A DNA stretch of 64,000 bases from Candidatus Latescibacterota bacterium (GTDB lineage: Bacteria; Latescibacterota; UBA2968; UBA8231), in assembly GCA_965208105.1 (NCBI GenBank), contig OZ242318.1, forward strand, positions 3,392,001-3,456,000, given 5' to 3'. A model generated the notes under the pieces. It worked only from the letters and a program-made list of their open reading frames with translations. It made no database searches and had not been told where the DNA came from. The translations under genes and the position numbers were made by a program. This document shows positions 10,581-23,072 of this stretch, in pieces (the first letter of the stretch is position 1; the number at the start of each line of letters is the position of its first letter).

Positions 10581-11144
10581 TTACAGACCGAGGTGGGGCA
10601 ACAGTTCGGACAGCGAGTGAATGATGGGTCCGTCGACCGGTTCGAGGGGGTCGTGGGACAGGTGGATGTAGGCGACGCCGGCCTCCCGGCTCGCCATGCG
10701 GTCATAGAGGCTGTCTCCGATGAAGCAGGCTTCTGGCGGAGCCAATCCGAGCTTTTCGAGGGCAAGGAGAATCAGGTCGGGGGCGGGCTTGAGGAGGGCG
10801 TCCTCGCGGCTCAGGAGAAGGTCGAAGTGCAGATTGAACTTTTCGACTACCGCATTCATGGCGCGCCGGTTGTTGTTGGTGATCAAGGCCAGTTTCAGCG
10901 AGCGCGGCCGCAGGTTTTCGAAAAGCTCGGCGGCGCCGGGATTGAGGATGGCCTGGCGGGCGGCCTCTTGTTCGGCGGCTTCGAGGATTGCGTGGGCCCG
11001 CTCCCGCTCGTGCATTGGAAGGCTGTCTATGTAGCCGATGATTTGCGCGCCTTCGGGGATGTCGATGCGGTCGCGCAGATCTTTCCAGTCGATGTGAGGG
11101 CAGGTGATCGTGCCGTCCATGTCGAAGAAAAGCGCCTTGAACAT
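10581..11144 (-). CDS. HAD family hydrolase
   Basis: FDMDGT, ITNN, KPAPD, IGDSLYD; start set at MFKALFF. Confidence 0.9.
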   Translation of the reverse strand: MFKALFFDMDGTITCPHIDWKDLRDRIDIPEGAQIIGYIDSLPMHERERAHAILEAAEQEAARQAILNPGAAELFENLRPRSLKLALITNNNRRAMNAVVEKFNLHFDLLLSREDALLKPAPDLILLALEKLGLAPPEACFIGDSLYDRMASREAGVAYIHLSHDPLEPVDGPIIHSLSELLPHLGL

Positions 11145-11146
11145 GC

Positions 11147-12169
11147 CTAGTTCGGGAAGAGCCGGGTCATTTCGTCGGCGGCGAATTGCGGCAGGGGGAT
11201 CAGCCGGCCATCCCTGCGCAGTTGCAGGCCGAAGCGGGATTCGCGAACAGTGCCGATGCGGCAGGCGTGGATCCCCTCCTTTTCCAGGGCCGCGACAACT
11301 GGCGGGGCGCTGTCCTCGGGGCATCCGATCAGCAGGGCCCCCGAGGAAATGACGCCGAGAGGGTCCAGATCGAAGGCGCTGCAGAGGCGCGCGGACTCGG
11401 GGGAAATGCGGAGAGCGTGGGCATCGATCTCCAGGCCGACATCGGAGGCGGTTGCCAGTTCGGTCAGAGCGGTGGCTACGCCGCCTTCGGTGGGGTCGTG
11501 CATGGCGTGGACCTGGCCTGCCCGGCAGGCGATTGCAGCGTCGCGCACGACACTGATTCCCGGGTTTTCGAGGTAGCGCGAGCACAGGTCGAGAAAGCCG
11601 GCCGCATGCCCTTGCCGCAGTAGTTCAGCGCGTTTTTCCCGCGCTATGATGGCGGTGGCCTCTATGGCCAGGCCCTTTGTCAGGAGCAGGGCGTCACCGG
11701 GCCGCAGGCCGGAGGAGCGCACCAGGTTGCCGGGTTCGACCTCGCCGAGCATCTGGCCCACTACGATGGGGCGGTCGATGCCGGCGGTGATTTCGGTGTG
11801 TCCGCCGCAGACGGCAATGTCCAGCTGCCCGGCGGCGGCGTGGATGGAGCGGAAGATGGACTCGATCAGAGCGGGTGTGGCCTGCTCTTGCGGAAGCAGA
11901 ATGGTAGACAGGAAGAACCTTGGACGCCCGCCCATGGCCGCGATATCGTTTGCGTTTACGTTGACCGCGTACCAGCCGATGGCGTCGGAGGCGAAGGTAA
12001 TGGGGTCGGTCTTGGCCACCAGGTAGCGGTCCCCCAGGTCGATGACGGCGGCGTCCTCCCCCACCCCGGAAGGAACTACCAGGTCGGGGTGGAGGTGGGT
12101 GTAGCTGCGGATGAGGCGGGCGAGGACCTCGTGGGGGAGTTTGCCCGCGGGGTAGGTTTGGCCGGTCAT
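11147..12169 (-). CDS. AIR synthase/HypE-like family protein
   Basis: GEDAAV, KTDPIT, NANDIAAMG, GGHTE, MHDPTEGG. Confidence 0.88.
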   Translation of the reverse strand: MTGQTYPAGKLPHEVLARLIRSYTHLHPDLVVPSGVGEDAAVIDLGDRYLVAKTDPITFASDAIGWYAVNVNANDIAAMGGRPRFFLSTILLPQEQATPALIESIFRSIHAAAGQLDIAVCGGHTEITAGIDRPIVVGQMLGEVEPGNLVRSSGLRPGDALLLTKGLAIEATAIIAREKRAELLRQGHAAGFLDLCSRYLENPGISVVRDAAIACRAGQVHAMHDPTEGGVATALTELATASDVGLEIDAHALRISPESARLCSAFDLDPLGVISSGALLIGCPEDSAPPVVAALEKEGIHACRIGTVRESRFGLQLRRDGRLIPLPQFAADEMTRLFPN

Positions 12170-13710
12170 GGTCGCCGGCCGCGGTAGTGGTTGCAGATCG
12201 AGCGGACCAGGGCCGGGATGCTGCTCTCCTCAGGCTGGATGTGCGTTTCCAGACCCAGGTCGAGAATGGCCCTGGTGGTGGTTGGGCCGATCGAGGCAAT
12301 GGTGCTCTTTGCCAGGATGGCCTGGCTGCGCCCGGCACCCAGGACTTTGCGGAAATTGTGCACACTGGAAGGGCTGACAAAGACGATGAGATCGATATTT
12401 CCTTCGACCAGGGCCGCCGGCAATTCGACCTCGCCGGGGTCGGGGGGACGGTTCCGGTAGGCGGTGACGCGGCGGACGCGGGCACCGCGGCGCTCCAGTT
12501 CGGTGGCCAGGAGAGCGCGTCCTATGGAGGAGCCGGGCATGAGGACGTTGCATTCTTCAACCTGGACGGAGGCGAAAGCTTCGACCAGGCCATCCTGGGA
12601 GTGCCGGGTGGGGATGAGGTCGGGCTCGATGCCCTGATCGCGGAGATGAGCGGCGGTGGACAGCCCCACGGCGGCCACCGAGGCGGCGCCTAGGGCGCGG
12701 GAGTCCCGGTTCAGCCGGCGCAGGCGCCCGAAAAAGAAGTTGACGCTGTTGGGGCTGGTGAAGACGAGCCAGTGAAACCGCTGCAGTTCCGCTATGCACT
12801 TGTCCAGCTCGGCCCAATCCTCTGGAGGCTGAATGTCGAGGAGGGGCATCGCCGAGACCTCTGCGGCTTCGGCCTCGAGGAGAAGCTGGAGACTGCCGGC
12901 TTGCTCGCGGCTGCGGGTGATGAGGACGCGGCGCCCGAAGAGGGCCTTGTCCTCGAACCAGTTGAGATGGGAGCGCAGGCTCACGACATCGCCCACCACG
13001 ATGAGGGCGGGGGACTGAATGTTTTGCCGGTGTGCTTCCCCGGCGATGCGCTTCAGGGATGAAATCAGGGTGCGCTGGTGCGGCCAGGTGCCCCATTCGA
13101 TGGCAGCGGCCGGAGTGTCGGGAGAGCGGCCGTGTTGCAGCAGGGTCGCGCTGATCTCGTCGAGCTTGCGGGCACCCATGAAGATTACCAGAGTGCTGTC
13201 GAGTCGGGCGAGGAGAGGCCAGTCCGCGGTTGCTGCGGATTTGGCCGGGTCTTCGTGCCCGGTGACGAGAACGGCCGCGGCGGCCAGGCCTCGGTGGGTG
13301 AGCGGAATTCCGGCGTAGGCCAGGGCGCCCGCGGCGGCCGAGACTCCCGAGACGATCTCGAAGGGAATGCCCGCTTTTTTCAGGAGCAGGGCTTCCTCGC
13401 TGCCCCGCCCGAAGATGAGGGGGTCGCCACCCTTGAGGCGGACGACGCTCCGGCCCCCGCGGGCGTGCCGGATGAGCAGGCCGTTGATTTCCTCCTGGGT
13501 GTGGCTCTTTTGACCCCCGCGCTTTCCCACGTAGATCTTCTCGCAGCCGGGCCGGGCAAGGTCGAGGAGGCGTCGGTCCAGAATTTCGTCGTAGAGGACC
13601 ACGTCGGCTGCTTCGAGGCAGCGGGCTCCCTTCAGGGTGATGAGTCCGGGATCGCCGGGTCCCGCACCGACGATGTAGACGTGTCCCGGAGTCAGCTCCA
13701 GTGCGTTCAT
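12166..13710 (-). CDS. cobA: Fused uroporphyrinogen-III C-methyltransferase / uroporphyrinogen-III synthase (CobA-HemD)
   Basis: VGAGPGDPGLIT, RLKGGDP, then a HemD domain (VLITRS, FTSPNSV, SIGPTT); ATG at 13710 overlaps the hemC stop. Confidence 0.93.
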   Translation of the reverse strand: MNALELTPGHVYIVGAGPGDPGLITLKGARCLEAADVVLYDEILDRRLLDLARPGCEKIYVGKRGGQKSHTQEEINGLLIRHARGGRSVVRLKGGDPLIFGRGSEEALLLKKAGIPFEIVSGVSAAAGALAYAGIPLTHRGLAAAAVLVTGHEDPAKSAATADWPLLARLDSTLVIFMGARKLDEISATLLQHGRSPDTPAAAIEWGTWPHQRTLISSLKRIAGEAHRQNIQSPALIVVGDVVSLRSHLNWFEDKALFGRRVLITRSREQAGSLQLLLEAEAAEVSAMPLLDIQPPEDWAELDKCIAELQRFHWLVFTSPNSVNFFFGRLRRLNRDSRALGAASVAAVGLSTAAHLRDQGIEPDLIPTRHSQDGLVEAFASVQVEECNVLMPGSSIGRALLATELERRGARVRRVTAYRNRPPDPGEVELPAALVEGNIDLIVFVSPSSVHNFRKVLGAGRSQAILAKSTIASIGPTTTRAILDLGLETHIQPEESSIPALVRSICNHYRGRRP

Positions 13711-14633
13711 GGGAACCGGACCGCCGGATCCTGCAGGATGGCATCGGCGCCCAGGCCGCGGAGTTTGGAGGCCACCTCGGCGCCGAGACGGTGGGCCGCT
13801 TCCGGGCCGGTGCTCGAGGTTGCGCGCACGAGATCGGTGCCATCGGGCCGGGCCACGAGGCCTTCGAGAAGAATGGAATTTCCCGCCTGACGGGCCCAGG
13901 CTGCGATGGGCGCCCTGCAGCCTCCGCCCAGGTGCTTGAGGAGACTGCGCTCGGCCGCGACGGCGGCAAAGGTCGGAGGGTGATTCACCGATTCCACCCA
14001 GGACAGGAGTGGGTGGTCGCGCTTCATCTGCAGGCCGAGGGCCGCCTGGCCCGCTGCCGGAAGCATCTCCCGGGTTTCCAGGTAGGCGCTGATTTCGCTG
14101 TGCTGTTCGAGGCGATGAAGTCCGGCGGCGGCGAGGACGACCGCGTCGCACCCGCCCTCCCTGGTGTTGCGCATGCGGGTGTCGATATTGCCGCGTATGC
14201 AGGTGAAACGCAGGTCGGGGCGCAGGGAAAGAAGCTGGGCCTGACGGCGCAGGCTTCCAGTGCCGATGAGGGCGCCCTCGGGCAAGCCCGCCAGGTCACG
14301 GTCTTCCCGGCTGACCAGGACGTCGCGCACGTCTTCGCGCACCGGGGTGGCGACCAGGGTCAGATCGTCGTGGAACCGGGTTGGCAGGTCCTTGAGGCTG
14401 TGAACTGCGAGGTCGATGCGGGCGTCGAGGAGGGCGGTTTCGATTTCGCCTGTGAAGACTCCCCGGGCGCCGGTATCGCGCAAGGAGCCCTTGGTTGAAT
14501 CGCCCCGGGTCTTGATGACCTCAACCTCGATGCGAAGGGAGGAGAATTGCTGCCGGAGCAGGCGGCGGACAAAGTTGCTCTGGACCAGAGCGAGTTGACT
14601 GCCGCGGCTGCCGATGGTGAGAGTTGGGGCCAA
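13707..14633 (-). CDS. hemC: Hydroxymethylbilane synthase (porphobilinogen deaminase)
   Basis: IGSRGSQLA, AVHSLKD, GTGSLRR, RGNIDTR, GGGC; probable TTG start at 14633. Confidence 0.95.
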   Translation of the reverse strand: MAPTLTIGSRGSQLALVQSNFVRRLLRQQFSSLRIEVEVIKTRGDSTKGSLRDTGARGVFTGEIETALLDARIDLAVHSLKDLPTRFHDDLTLVATPVREDVRDVLVSREDRDLAGLPEGALIGTGSLRRQAQLLSLRPDLRFTCIRGNIDTRMRNTREGGCDAVVLAAAGLHRLEQHSEISAYLETREMLPAAGQAALGLQMKRDHPLLSWVESVNHPPTFAAVAAERSLLKHLGGGCRAPIAAWARQAGNSILLEGLVARPDGTDLVRATSSTGPEAAHRLGAEVASKLRGLGADAILQDPAVRFP

Positions 14634-14973
14634 GTCCAGGTCCTGTTGAGTCCTGTGGCGGATGAAAGACGGACCCGAAGGAAAGGCGTTTCGCGCCAAC
14701 GCATCTCCTGGCGCCGGGATCATTCGGCTGCAGTATTTTAAATCGAATCCCATCTGGCTGCAACCGGCTGCAACCAGGAGCGGTGAACCCCATTCCCCGG
14801 TCCCGGCTGCGCCGTGGATCCGTCCAGAGATCCTCGAGGTCCAGGAGTCGCCCCAGTGCCTGCTAGCGCAATCCCGCCTGAATTCGGCCGCCCCCTCCAG
14901 CCTTGCGTGCACAGGCGCGGGGGCCGAAGACACCGTCTCCAGCCCCCGCACGGATGCTCAGGAGTTTCCTGCG

Positions 14974-16446
<1,473 letters not shown>

Positions 16447-16495
16447 CTAAAGGCTCCTTGGTTGAAAATATGGAGTGGGTGAGGACAACCACAGG

Positions 16496-16527
16496 CGGCG
16501 CCGCAACTCAACCGAGTTGCGGCGCCG
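16496..16527. promoter_or_regulatory. Perfect 14-bp hairpin between the porin gene and glnA
   Basis: cggcgccgcaactc-aacc-gagttgcggcgccg; no U-tract on either side. Confidence 0.6.
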
Positions 16528-16608
16528 ACCTTGGTTTACAGAGGCCGCAGGGCAAGAAAGATTGCGGTGATCTCGACTGCGCTGGGGAAGTCTGAAGAAG
16601 CCTGGCTA

Positions 16609-17265
16609 CTAGAAACTCTTCCCGAATACGAGAAAGGTGGACTCGCGGTCCAGGTTGACTATATAGGAGGCCCAATAGTCGCCCTTGGCCATGGACACAC
16701 CCGCATTGGTCACCGGAATCGGCCCGTTTTCGGTTATGTAGTCGTCGGTGCCCCCACCGGCGAAAATGCTTACCCCGATACCCTCCATCTCGCCCAGATC
16801 GTATCCCAACTCGGCGTAGATGGAGCTCTGGCTCTCGCCTGCGTCATCCTCGGGCTCGAGCACGTTGACCGCCCCCGTCAGGCTGATGGGGCCCGAAGCG
16901 TAGGAGATCATGAGCTCGATGGTGTGAGCGCCGGTTGCGCTGTAGTCGAGGAACCCGTCGTCCTCGCCGAGGGCGGGGAAGAAGTAGTCGGTCGCGGTAA
17001 TGGCCAGTGGCCCGGCTGCATAGGTGATGTAGAGATCGTTCTCGTTGGCGCCGTTGGCGGTGATCCCCCAAGAGGACCAGGCGCCTATCTCTACCGATCC
17101 GGATCCATAGGAAAGATAGGGCTGGATGGACACGCCGTCGCCGAAATCCAGGCCGCGCCAGACGTAGCGGCTCACCAGGTCCGCCCCCATGCCTACACCG
17201 GCCTGGGCCGGAACGGCGCCGACAAGGGCCAGCAGGATTGCGTGGAAAATGAATTTCTTTGTCAA
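16609..17265 (-). CDS. Putative outer-membrane beta-barrel (TorF/TIGR02001-like porin)
   Basis: TTG start after GGAGGGG, signal peptide, DLVSRYVWRG motif, C-terminal Phe. Confidence 0.75.
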   Translation of the reverse strand: MTKKFIFHAILLALVGAVPAQAGVGMGADLVSRYVWRGLDFGDGVSIQPYLSYGSGSVEIGAWSSWGITANGANENDLYITYAAGPLAITATDYFFPALGEDDGFLDYSATGAHTIELMISYASGPISLTGAVNVLEPEDDAGESQSSIYAELGYDLGEMEGIGVSIFAGGGTDDYITENGPIPVTNAGVSMAKGDYWASYIVNLDRESTFLVFGKSF

Positions 17266-17342
17266 GATTCCCCTCCTTTGCTTGCCGGGCGGGAGAACAT
17301 GCCCGCCCGGCCGGGTGGTGACAGCAGTGAAATTACAGCCGT

Positions 17343-17681
17343 TCACAGCGCGCTTTCCCCGGTCTCTCCGGTGCGGATGCGCACGGCTTCCTCAACAGGG
17401 ACGACAAAGACCTTGCCGTCCCCCACTTTTCCGGTCTTGGCCGCCTCGACGATCGCGCTCACGGCCTGGTCGCGGTCGCCCGGCTTGACGGTGACTTCGA
17501 TCTTGATCTTGGGTACGAAGTCGACGCGGTACTCGGCACCCCGGTAGACTTCGCGGTGGCCGCGCTGGCGGCCAAAGCCGCGTACTTCGATGACGGACAT
17601 GCCGGCGATGCCCAGACCAGCCAGGGCGTCCTGCACCTGTTCGAGCGCGGCCGGGCGCAAAAAAGCTTCAATCTTGTACAT
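17343..17681 (-). CDS. glnK: P-II nitrogen regulator (GlnB/GlnK)
   Basis: GFGRQRG, YRGAEY T-loop (Tyr51), TGKVGDGKVF; directly after amtB. Confidence 0.93.
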   Translation of the reverse strand: MYKIEAFLRPAALEQVQDALAGLGIAGMSVIEVRGFGRQRGHREVYRGAEYRVDFVPKIKIEVTVKPGDRDQAVSAIVEAAKTGKVGDGKVFVVPVEEAVRIRTGETGESAL

Positions 17682-17699
17682 TGTTTTCCTCCTGCCGCA

Positions 17700-19025
17700 T
17701 CAATTGTGGATGGGGTGAAAGTCCGCATAGGAAGGCTGGCCGTGCTCGCCGGCGTCGAGGCCTTCCTCCTCTTCCTCCGCGCTGACGCGAATGCCCACAG
17801 CAGCTTTGATGAGCAGGATCAGGATGGCAGAGGCTGCGAAAGCGAAAAGGGAAATAGAGAGAGTTCCGACAATTTGCTTGAATAAGGTATGGTCTGCGTT
17901 GGTGCTGAACAGACCGACGGCAACCGTTCCCCAGACGCCGCAGATTCCGTGCACGGAGATGGCCCCGACCGGATCGTCGATTTTAATGCGGTCGATGCCC
18001 ACGATGGCGAAGACAACTATGATGCCGCTGATGAGACCGATGGCAATGGCGCCGATCCAGGTAACGCTATCGGCACCTGCGGTAATGCCCACAAGCCCCG
18101 CCAGCACGCCGTTCAGGGCCATGGTGATGTCGGGTTTTTTCAGGTAGGCCATCGAGGTGAACATGGCCGCAAGGCAGCCGGCCGCCGCCGCAAGGGAGGT
18201 GGTGGCGAAAACCAGGGATACGGCCGCGGGGTCCGCGCTGAGAACCGAGCCGCCGTTGAATCCGAACCATCCCAGCCAGAGCAGGAACACTCCGATTGTG
18301 GCAAGGGGCATACTGTGACCGAGAATGGGTCGGACCTGTCCATCCGCGGTGTACTTGCCGTTGCGGGGTCCCAGGAAGATAACGCAGGCCAGGGCGGAAA
18401 AACCGCCAAAAGCGTGGACGATGCTGGACCCGGCGAAATCGTAGAAACCGAGTTGGTCGAGCCAACCGCCTCCCCACTTCCAGGAGCCGGCGATCGGGTA
18501 GAAGAAGGCGACCAGCAAAGCGGCATAGACCATGAAACTGGTGAGTTTAACGCGCTCGGCTACCGCTCCCGAGACGATGGTGGCGGCGGTGGCCGCAAAC
18601 ATGGCCTGGAAAATAAAGTCAGACCAGTAGGTATAGTCGGCATAGGCGGAGGTGAGATTGGCGACCTGGTCGGTAAAACCGAGCGTTCCACCGATGGCGA
18701 TAAAGCCGTTGAAGTCGCCCGGGTACATGGTGTTGAATCCGGTCAGGGCGTAGGTGATCAGACCAACGGAGATGATGAACAGGTTTTTGAAGAGGATATT
18801 GACCGTATTCTTCTGCCGCGTAAGGCCCGATTCGAGGGTGGCGAAGCCGAGGTGCATGACAAATACCAAGGCTGCGGCAATCAATATCCAGAGGTTGTCT
18901 ACTATGAACTTGGGATAGACCAGTGGTGTGTTCTGGAACTCCTCCATTGACTTGATCTCGGCGCCCACTACCTGAGTGGCTCCTCCAAAGACCACAATCA
19001 ATGTCAATAACTTGAAAAACAACAT
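17700..19025 (-). CDS. amtB: Ammonium transporter
   Basis: FQAMFAAT, SGAVAER, DFAGS, WLGWFGFNGGS, DDPVGAISVHG. Confidence 0.97.
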   Translation of the reverse strand: MLFFKLLTLIVVFGGATQVVGAEIKSMEEFQNTPLVYPKFIVDNLWILIAAALVFVMHLGFATLESGLTRQKNTVNILFKNLFIISVGLITYALTGFNTMYPGDFNGFIAIGGTLGFTDQVANLTSAYADYTYWSDFIFQAMFAATAATIVSGAVAERVKLTSFMVYAALLVAFFYPIAGSWKWGGGWLDQLGFYDFAGSSIVHAFGGFSALACVIFLGPRNGKYTADGQVRPILGHSMPLATIGVFLLWLGWFGFNGGSVLSADPAAVSLVFATTSLAAAAGCLAAMFTSMAYLKKPDITMALNGVLAGLVGITAGADSVTWIGAIAIGLISGIIVVFAIVGIDRIKIDDPVGAISVHGICGVWGTVAVGLFSTNADHTLFKQIVGTLSISLFAFAASAILILLIKAAVGIRVSAEEEEEGLDAGEHGQPSYADFHPIHN

Positions 19026-19105
19026 CTTTGTCCCTCCCTTGGGTGATGGGTAATGGGGTCTGCTGCTTCAGGCCCGAGGTGAAAGGTGCGCGCTTGGGAT
19101 TTTTC

Positions 19106-19121
19106 AGCAAGGACTATGCCA
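19106..19121 (-). promoter_or_regulatory. sigma54 -24/-12 promoter of the amtB operon
   Basis: TGGCATAGTCCTTGCT (GG-N10-GC); IHF-like AATTAAAGGGTTA at 19163-19175. Confidence 0.8.
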
Positions 19122-19276
19122 GCGGCGGCACCAAAGCCAGGGAGGGGGGTTATGAGGCTGGTAATTAAAGGGTTATGCGAAATGCAACGGGCCATGGAGG
19201 AAGCTTATAAAGAGCGACAAAAATGGAAGTTATATCAAAAATATAACCAAATTTGTTGTTTTAACAATTTTGCAGT

Positions 19277-20824
<1,548 letters not shown>

Positions 20825-20895
20825 GAGATACCAGTTCGCTTTACGCGGTTCGCGGGGAATTCAACCGTTTCAGAACAGTCTCAGGAAAAAATCAG

Positions 20896-20910
20896 GCAAG
20901 TTTCATGCCA
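20896..20910 (-). promoter_or_regulatory. sigma54 -24/-12 promoter of the NifA-like gene
   Basis: TGGCATGAAACTTGC (GG-N10-GC). Confidence 0.78.
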
Positions 20911-21001
20911 AGAGCGGGAAGGGACTTGAGCTTTCTACCTGTAAAAAGTAGTGTGGGGGAGTCCAGAGAGTGATTCCCAGGGGGAAGAGCGATACAATAA
21001 T

Positions 21002-21015
21002 CTACAAATTTGTAG
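21002..21015. promoter_or_regulatory. Palindromic candidate enhancer site CTACAAATTTGTAG
   Basis: Perfect 14-bp palindrome ~100 bp upstream of the sigma54 promoter; 10/14 matches at 19245-19258 and 19262-19275. Confidence 0.55.
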
Positions 21016-21186
21016 TATAAAATGCAACAAGATTCATTATTGTGTGAAATCAGCTTGTCCAGAGTCTCCCCGGCAGGCGATGGTAAGATAGGTTAACAAC
21101 AAAATGGGACCTTTGGCCATTACTGGAAGAGTCATGGTCTTCAAATGGTAGTTGTTGCAGTATTGTCAAAGAATGGCTTGGGAGTC

Positions 21187-21603
21187 CTACCGGGTCTCAA
21201 TGCCTGCCCACTCCCCCTTATCGCTGGTAATATCCAGAATATTGCCGTCCGGGTCGAAAACCTTGAAGGCTCGAGAAGGCAAGTCGCTCGGGTCCATCTC
21301 CCGGCGCCCCTTGACGGTCTTTGCGGGAAATTTCGCACCCCACTCGTGCAGGCGTTGCCAAACTGCCGTGAGGTCTTCGACAAGGACCCCCAGATGAATG
21401 TACTCGTGTCCCTCTTCCAAAAGCGGGCGGTCCGCCTGGTCCCCATAGGCGAGCAGCGTGATGTTGTTGGTGCCGTCGCTCATGTCGAGGCCCAGGCGGT
21501 GCCTGCGGTATCCTATGAACTTCCAGCCGATTACCTCTTCATAGAATCGCCGCGATTTCTCCATGTCCTTGCACCAGAGAGCGACGTGGCGCAGCAGAGC
21601 CAT
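21187..21603 (-). CDS. VOC/glyoxalase family protein
   Basis: LRHVAL, FYEEVIG, HLGVLVEDL, DPDGNILDI; start after GGAGGAG. Confidence 0.88.
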   Translation of the reverse strand: MALLRHVALWCKDMEKSRRFYEEVIGWKFIGYRRHRLGLDMSDGTNNITLLAYGDQADRPLLEEGHEYIHLGVLVEDLTAVWQRLHEWGAKFPAKTVKGRREMDPSDLPSRAFKVFDPDGNILDITSDKGEWAGIETR

Positions 21604-21811
21604 TTTCTCCTCCAGGTTTTGTTTCAGGTCCGTTTCACCTCGTGCCGGGAATGATAGGATTCGGTGCAATGGCTGTCAACGCGATTGGTCCAGAAATGGC
21701 TTGAACTTTACGTGCCGAAGAGATATCTTGTCGCCCAAGTTGGAATTCCAACTGGGAACGCCGCCGCGGCCGCCGCAGGCGCGGTCACCGGCCAGCCGGA
21801 AGGAGATCAGG

Positions 21812-22585
21812 ATGGATCAGGACATCAGCAAAGTGCTCCAGGCCTGGAAGTACGATCCCACGGCGAACGTGCGCAAAATCTGGGGTGAAGACGGAGTCCA
21901 GAAGGTGCAGGTTCGGATCGACCAGGGCGCTTTCCAGGGCATACTGCAATTGAATCTCGACGGCCGGCCGGACGGCAAGAAACCCTATGGATTTGACTTC
22001 GCGCTGGACTATTTCCGCAGCGCCCTGGAGAAGTACCGCCGGATTCACAAAGGCGATGAAAAAGGATTCTCCCTGGACGGGGAGGCCTGCCGGGAGCTGT
22101 TCGACGAGGGGACGCGCGTGTACGGGCGTTACTCCTTCCTGCTGCAGCTCCAGGACTATGACCGGGTGATCCGTGACACCGAGCGCAACATGGCCCTCTT
22201 CCGCTTTGTCAATACTTATGGGGAAGAGGAAGAGGACAGAATGAATCTGGAGCGGTGGTGGCCCTATATTCTGCGCCTCAATGCCACCGCCCGAGCCATG
22301 CAGTCCAGCCAGAAAGGCTGCTACGATGATGCGCTCGAGATCGTCAGGGAAGCGCGAGACAAGATCGACAGGCTTCCGGAAATGGACGCCGAGGAATTCC
22401 ACGTCGAGCGCGCCCGCTCGGAGGAGAGCCTGGAGGAGTTGGAGCAGGAACTGCTTTCCAACAAGCCGCCGAGCCGCCGGGAACGATTGCAGAAGGATCT
22501 GCAGATTGCAATCGAGGAGGAAGATTTCGAAAGAGCGGCTGCCATTCGAGACGAGCTGCAAAGGCTGGAGAGGTCCGAGCCCTAG
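21812..22585 (+). CDS. Conserved protein with C-terminal UvrB/UvrC (UVR) motif
   Basis: GRPDGKKP motif; C-terminal AIEEEDFERAAAIRDEL; start after AAGGAG. Confidence 0.8.
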   Translation: MDQDISKVLQAWKYDPTANVRKIWGEDGVQKVQVRIDQGAFQGILQLNLDGRPDGKKPYGFDFALDYFRSALEKYRRIHKGDEKGFSLDGEACRELFDEGTRVYGRYSFLLQLQDYDRVIRDTERNMALFRFVNTYGEEEEDRMNLERWWPYILRLNATARAMQSSQKGCYDDALEIVREARDKIDRLPEMDAEEFHVERARSEESLEELEQELLSNKPPSRRERLQKDLQIAIEEEDFERAAAIRDELQRLERSEP

Positions 22586-22749
22586 GGTCCCGTCGCAGAA
22601 ATATGCCGCCATTCTTTCGCCGATCCATCCCGGCTCACGGCGTTGCCTTCACTCGCCGTACACCAATGGTACGACTCGCTCAGGCGCCTTGTGAGCCTGG
22701 CGCCTCGGCGGGCCAATTTCGTCAACCTGTCTCTGCGACGGGACACTGA
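22582..22749. mobile_element. MITE family A copy 1 (160-bp core plus CTAG/CTGA flanks)
   Basis: Near-identical to 42754-42921 and 45900-46067; terminal IR tcccgtcgcaga...tctgcgacggga. Confidence 0.8.
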
Positions 22750-22909
22750 CAGCCCGCTGAAAAAGTCCATCCGGGCTGCGGCCGGCCCTGGCGTTCGAAT
22801 ACGGCGTTGCGCCCCCTCTCCGAATCCGATCGAATCCCCTCGGTCGCACGCCTTGCCTCAGACCGCCGTGACTCGGCCTCGCCTGCAGAGCAACTATATC
22901 AACGGGCTG
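22750..22909. mobile_element. MITE family B (160 bp) abutting copy A1
   Basis: Terminal IR cagcccgctgaaaaagt / actatatcaacgggctg (14/17); flanked by CTGA and CTGG. Confidence 0.6.
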
Positions 22910-23072
22910 CTGGCCTGGAAAACGGAAGTACAGGCCTTGCCGCCTCGCCAACCGCTCTTCCAGTTTCCCGCGCAGCCTGGGTGGGAAATAGCCGGTCGAG
23001 GGACCCACTGCCTCCTGGTCCCGTAGAAGTGCTACTCTCCCCCCGGTATTGCTTTCAGCGGAAGATTCAGCC

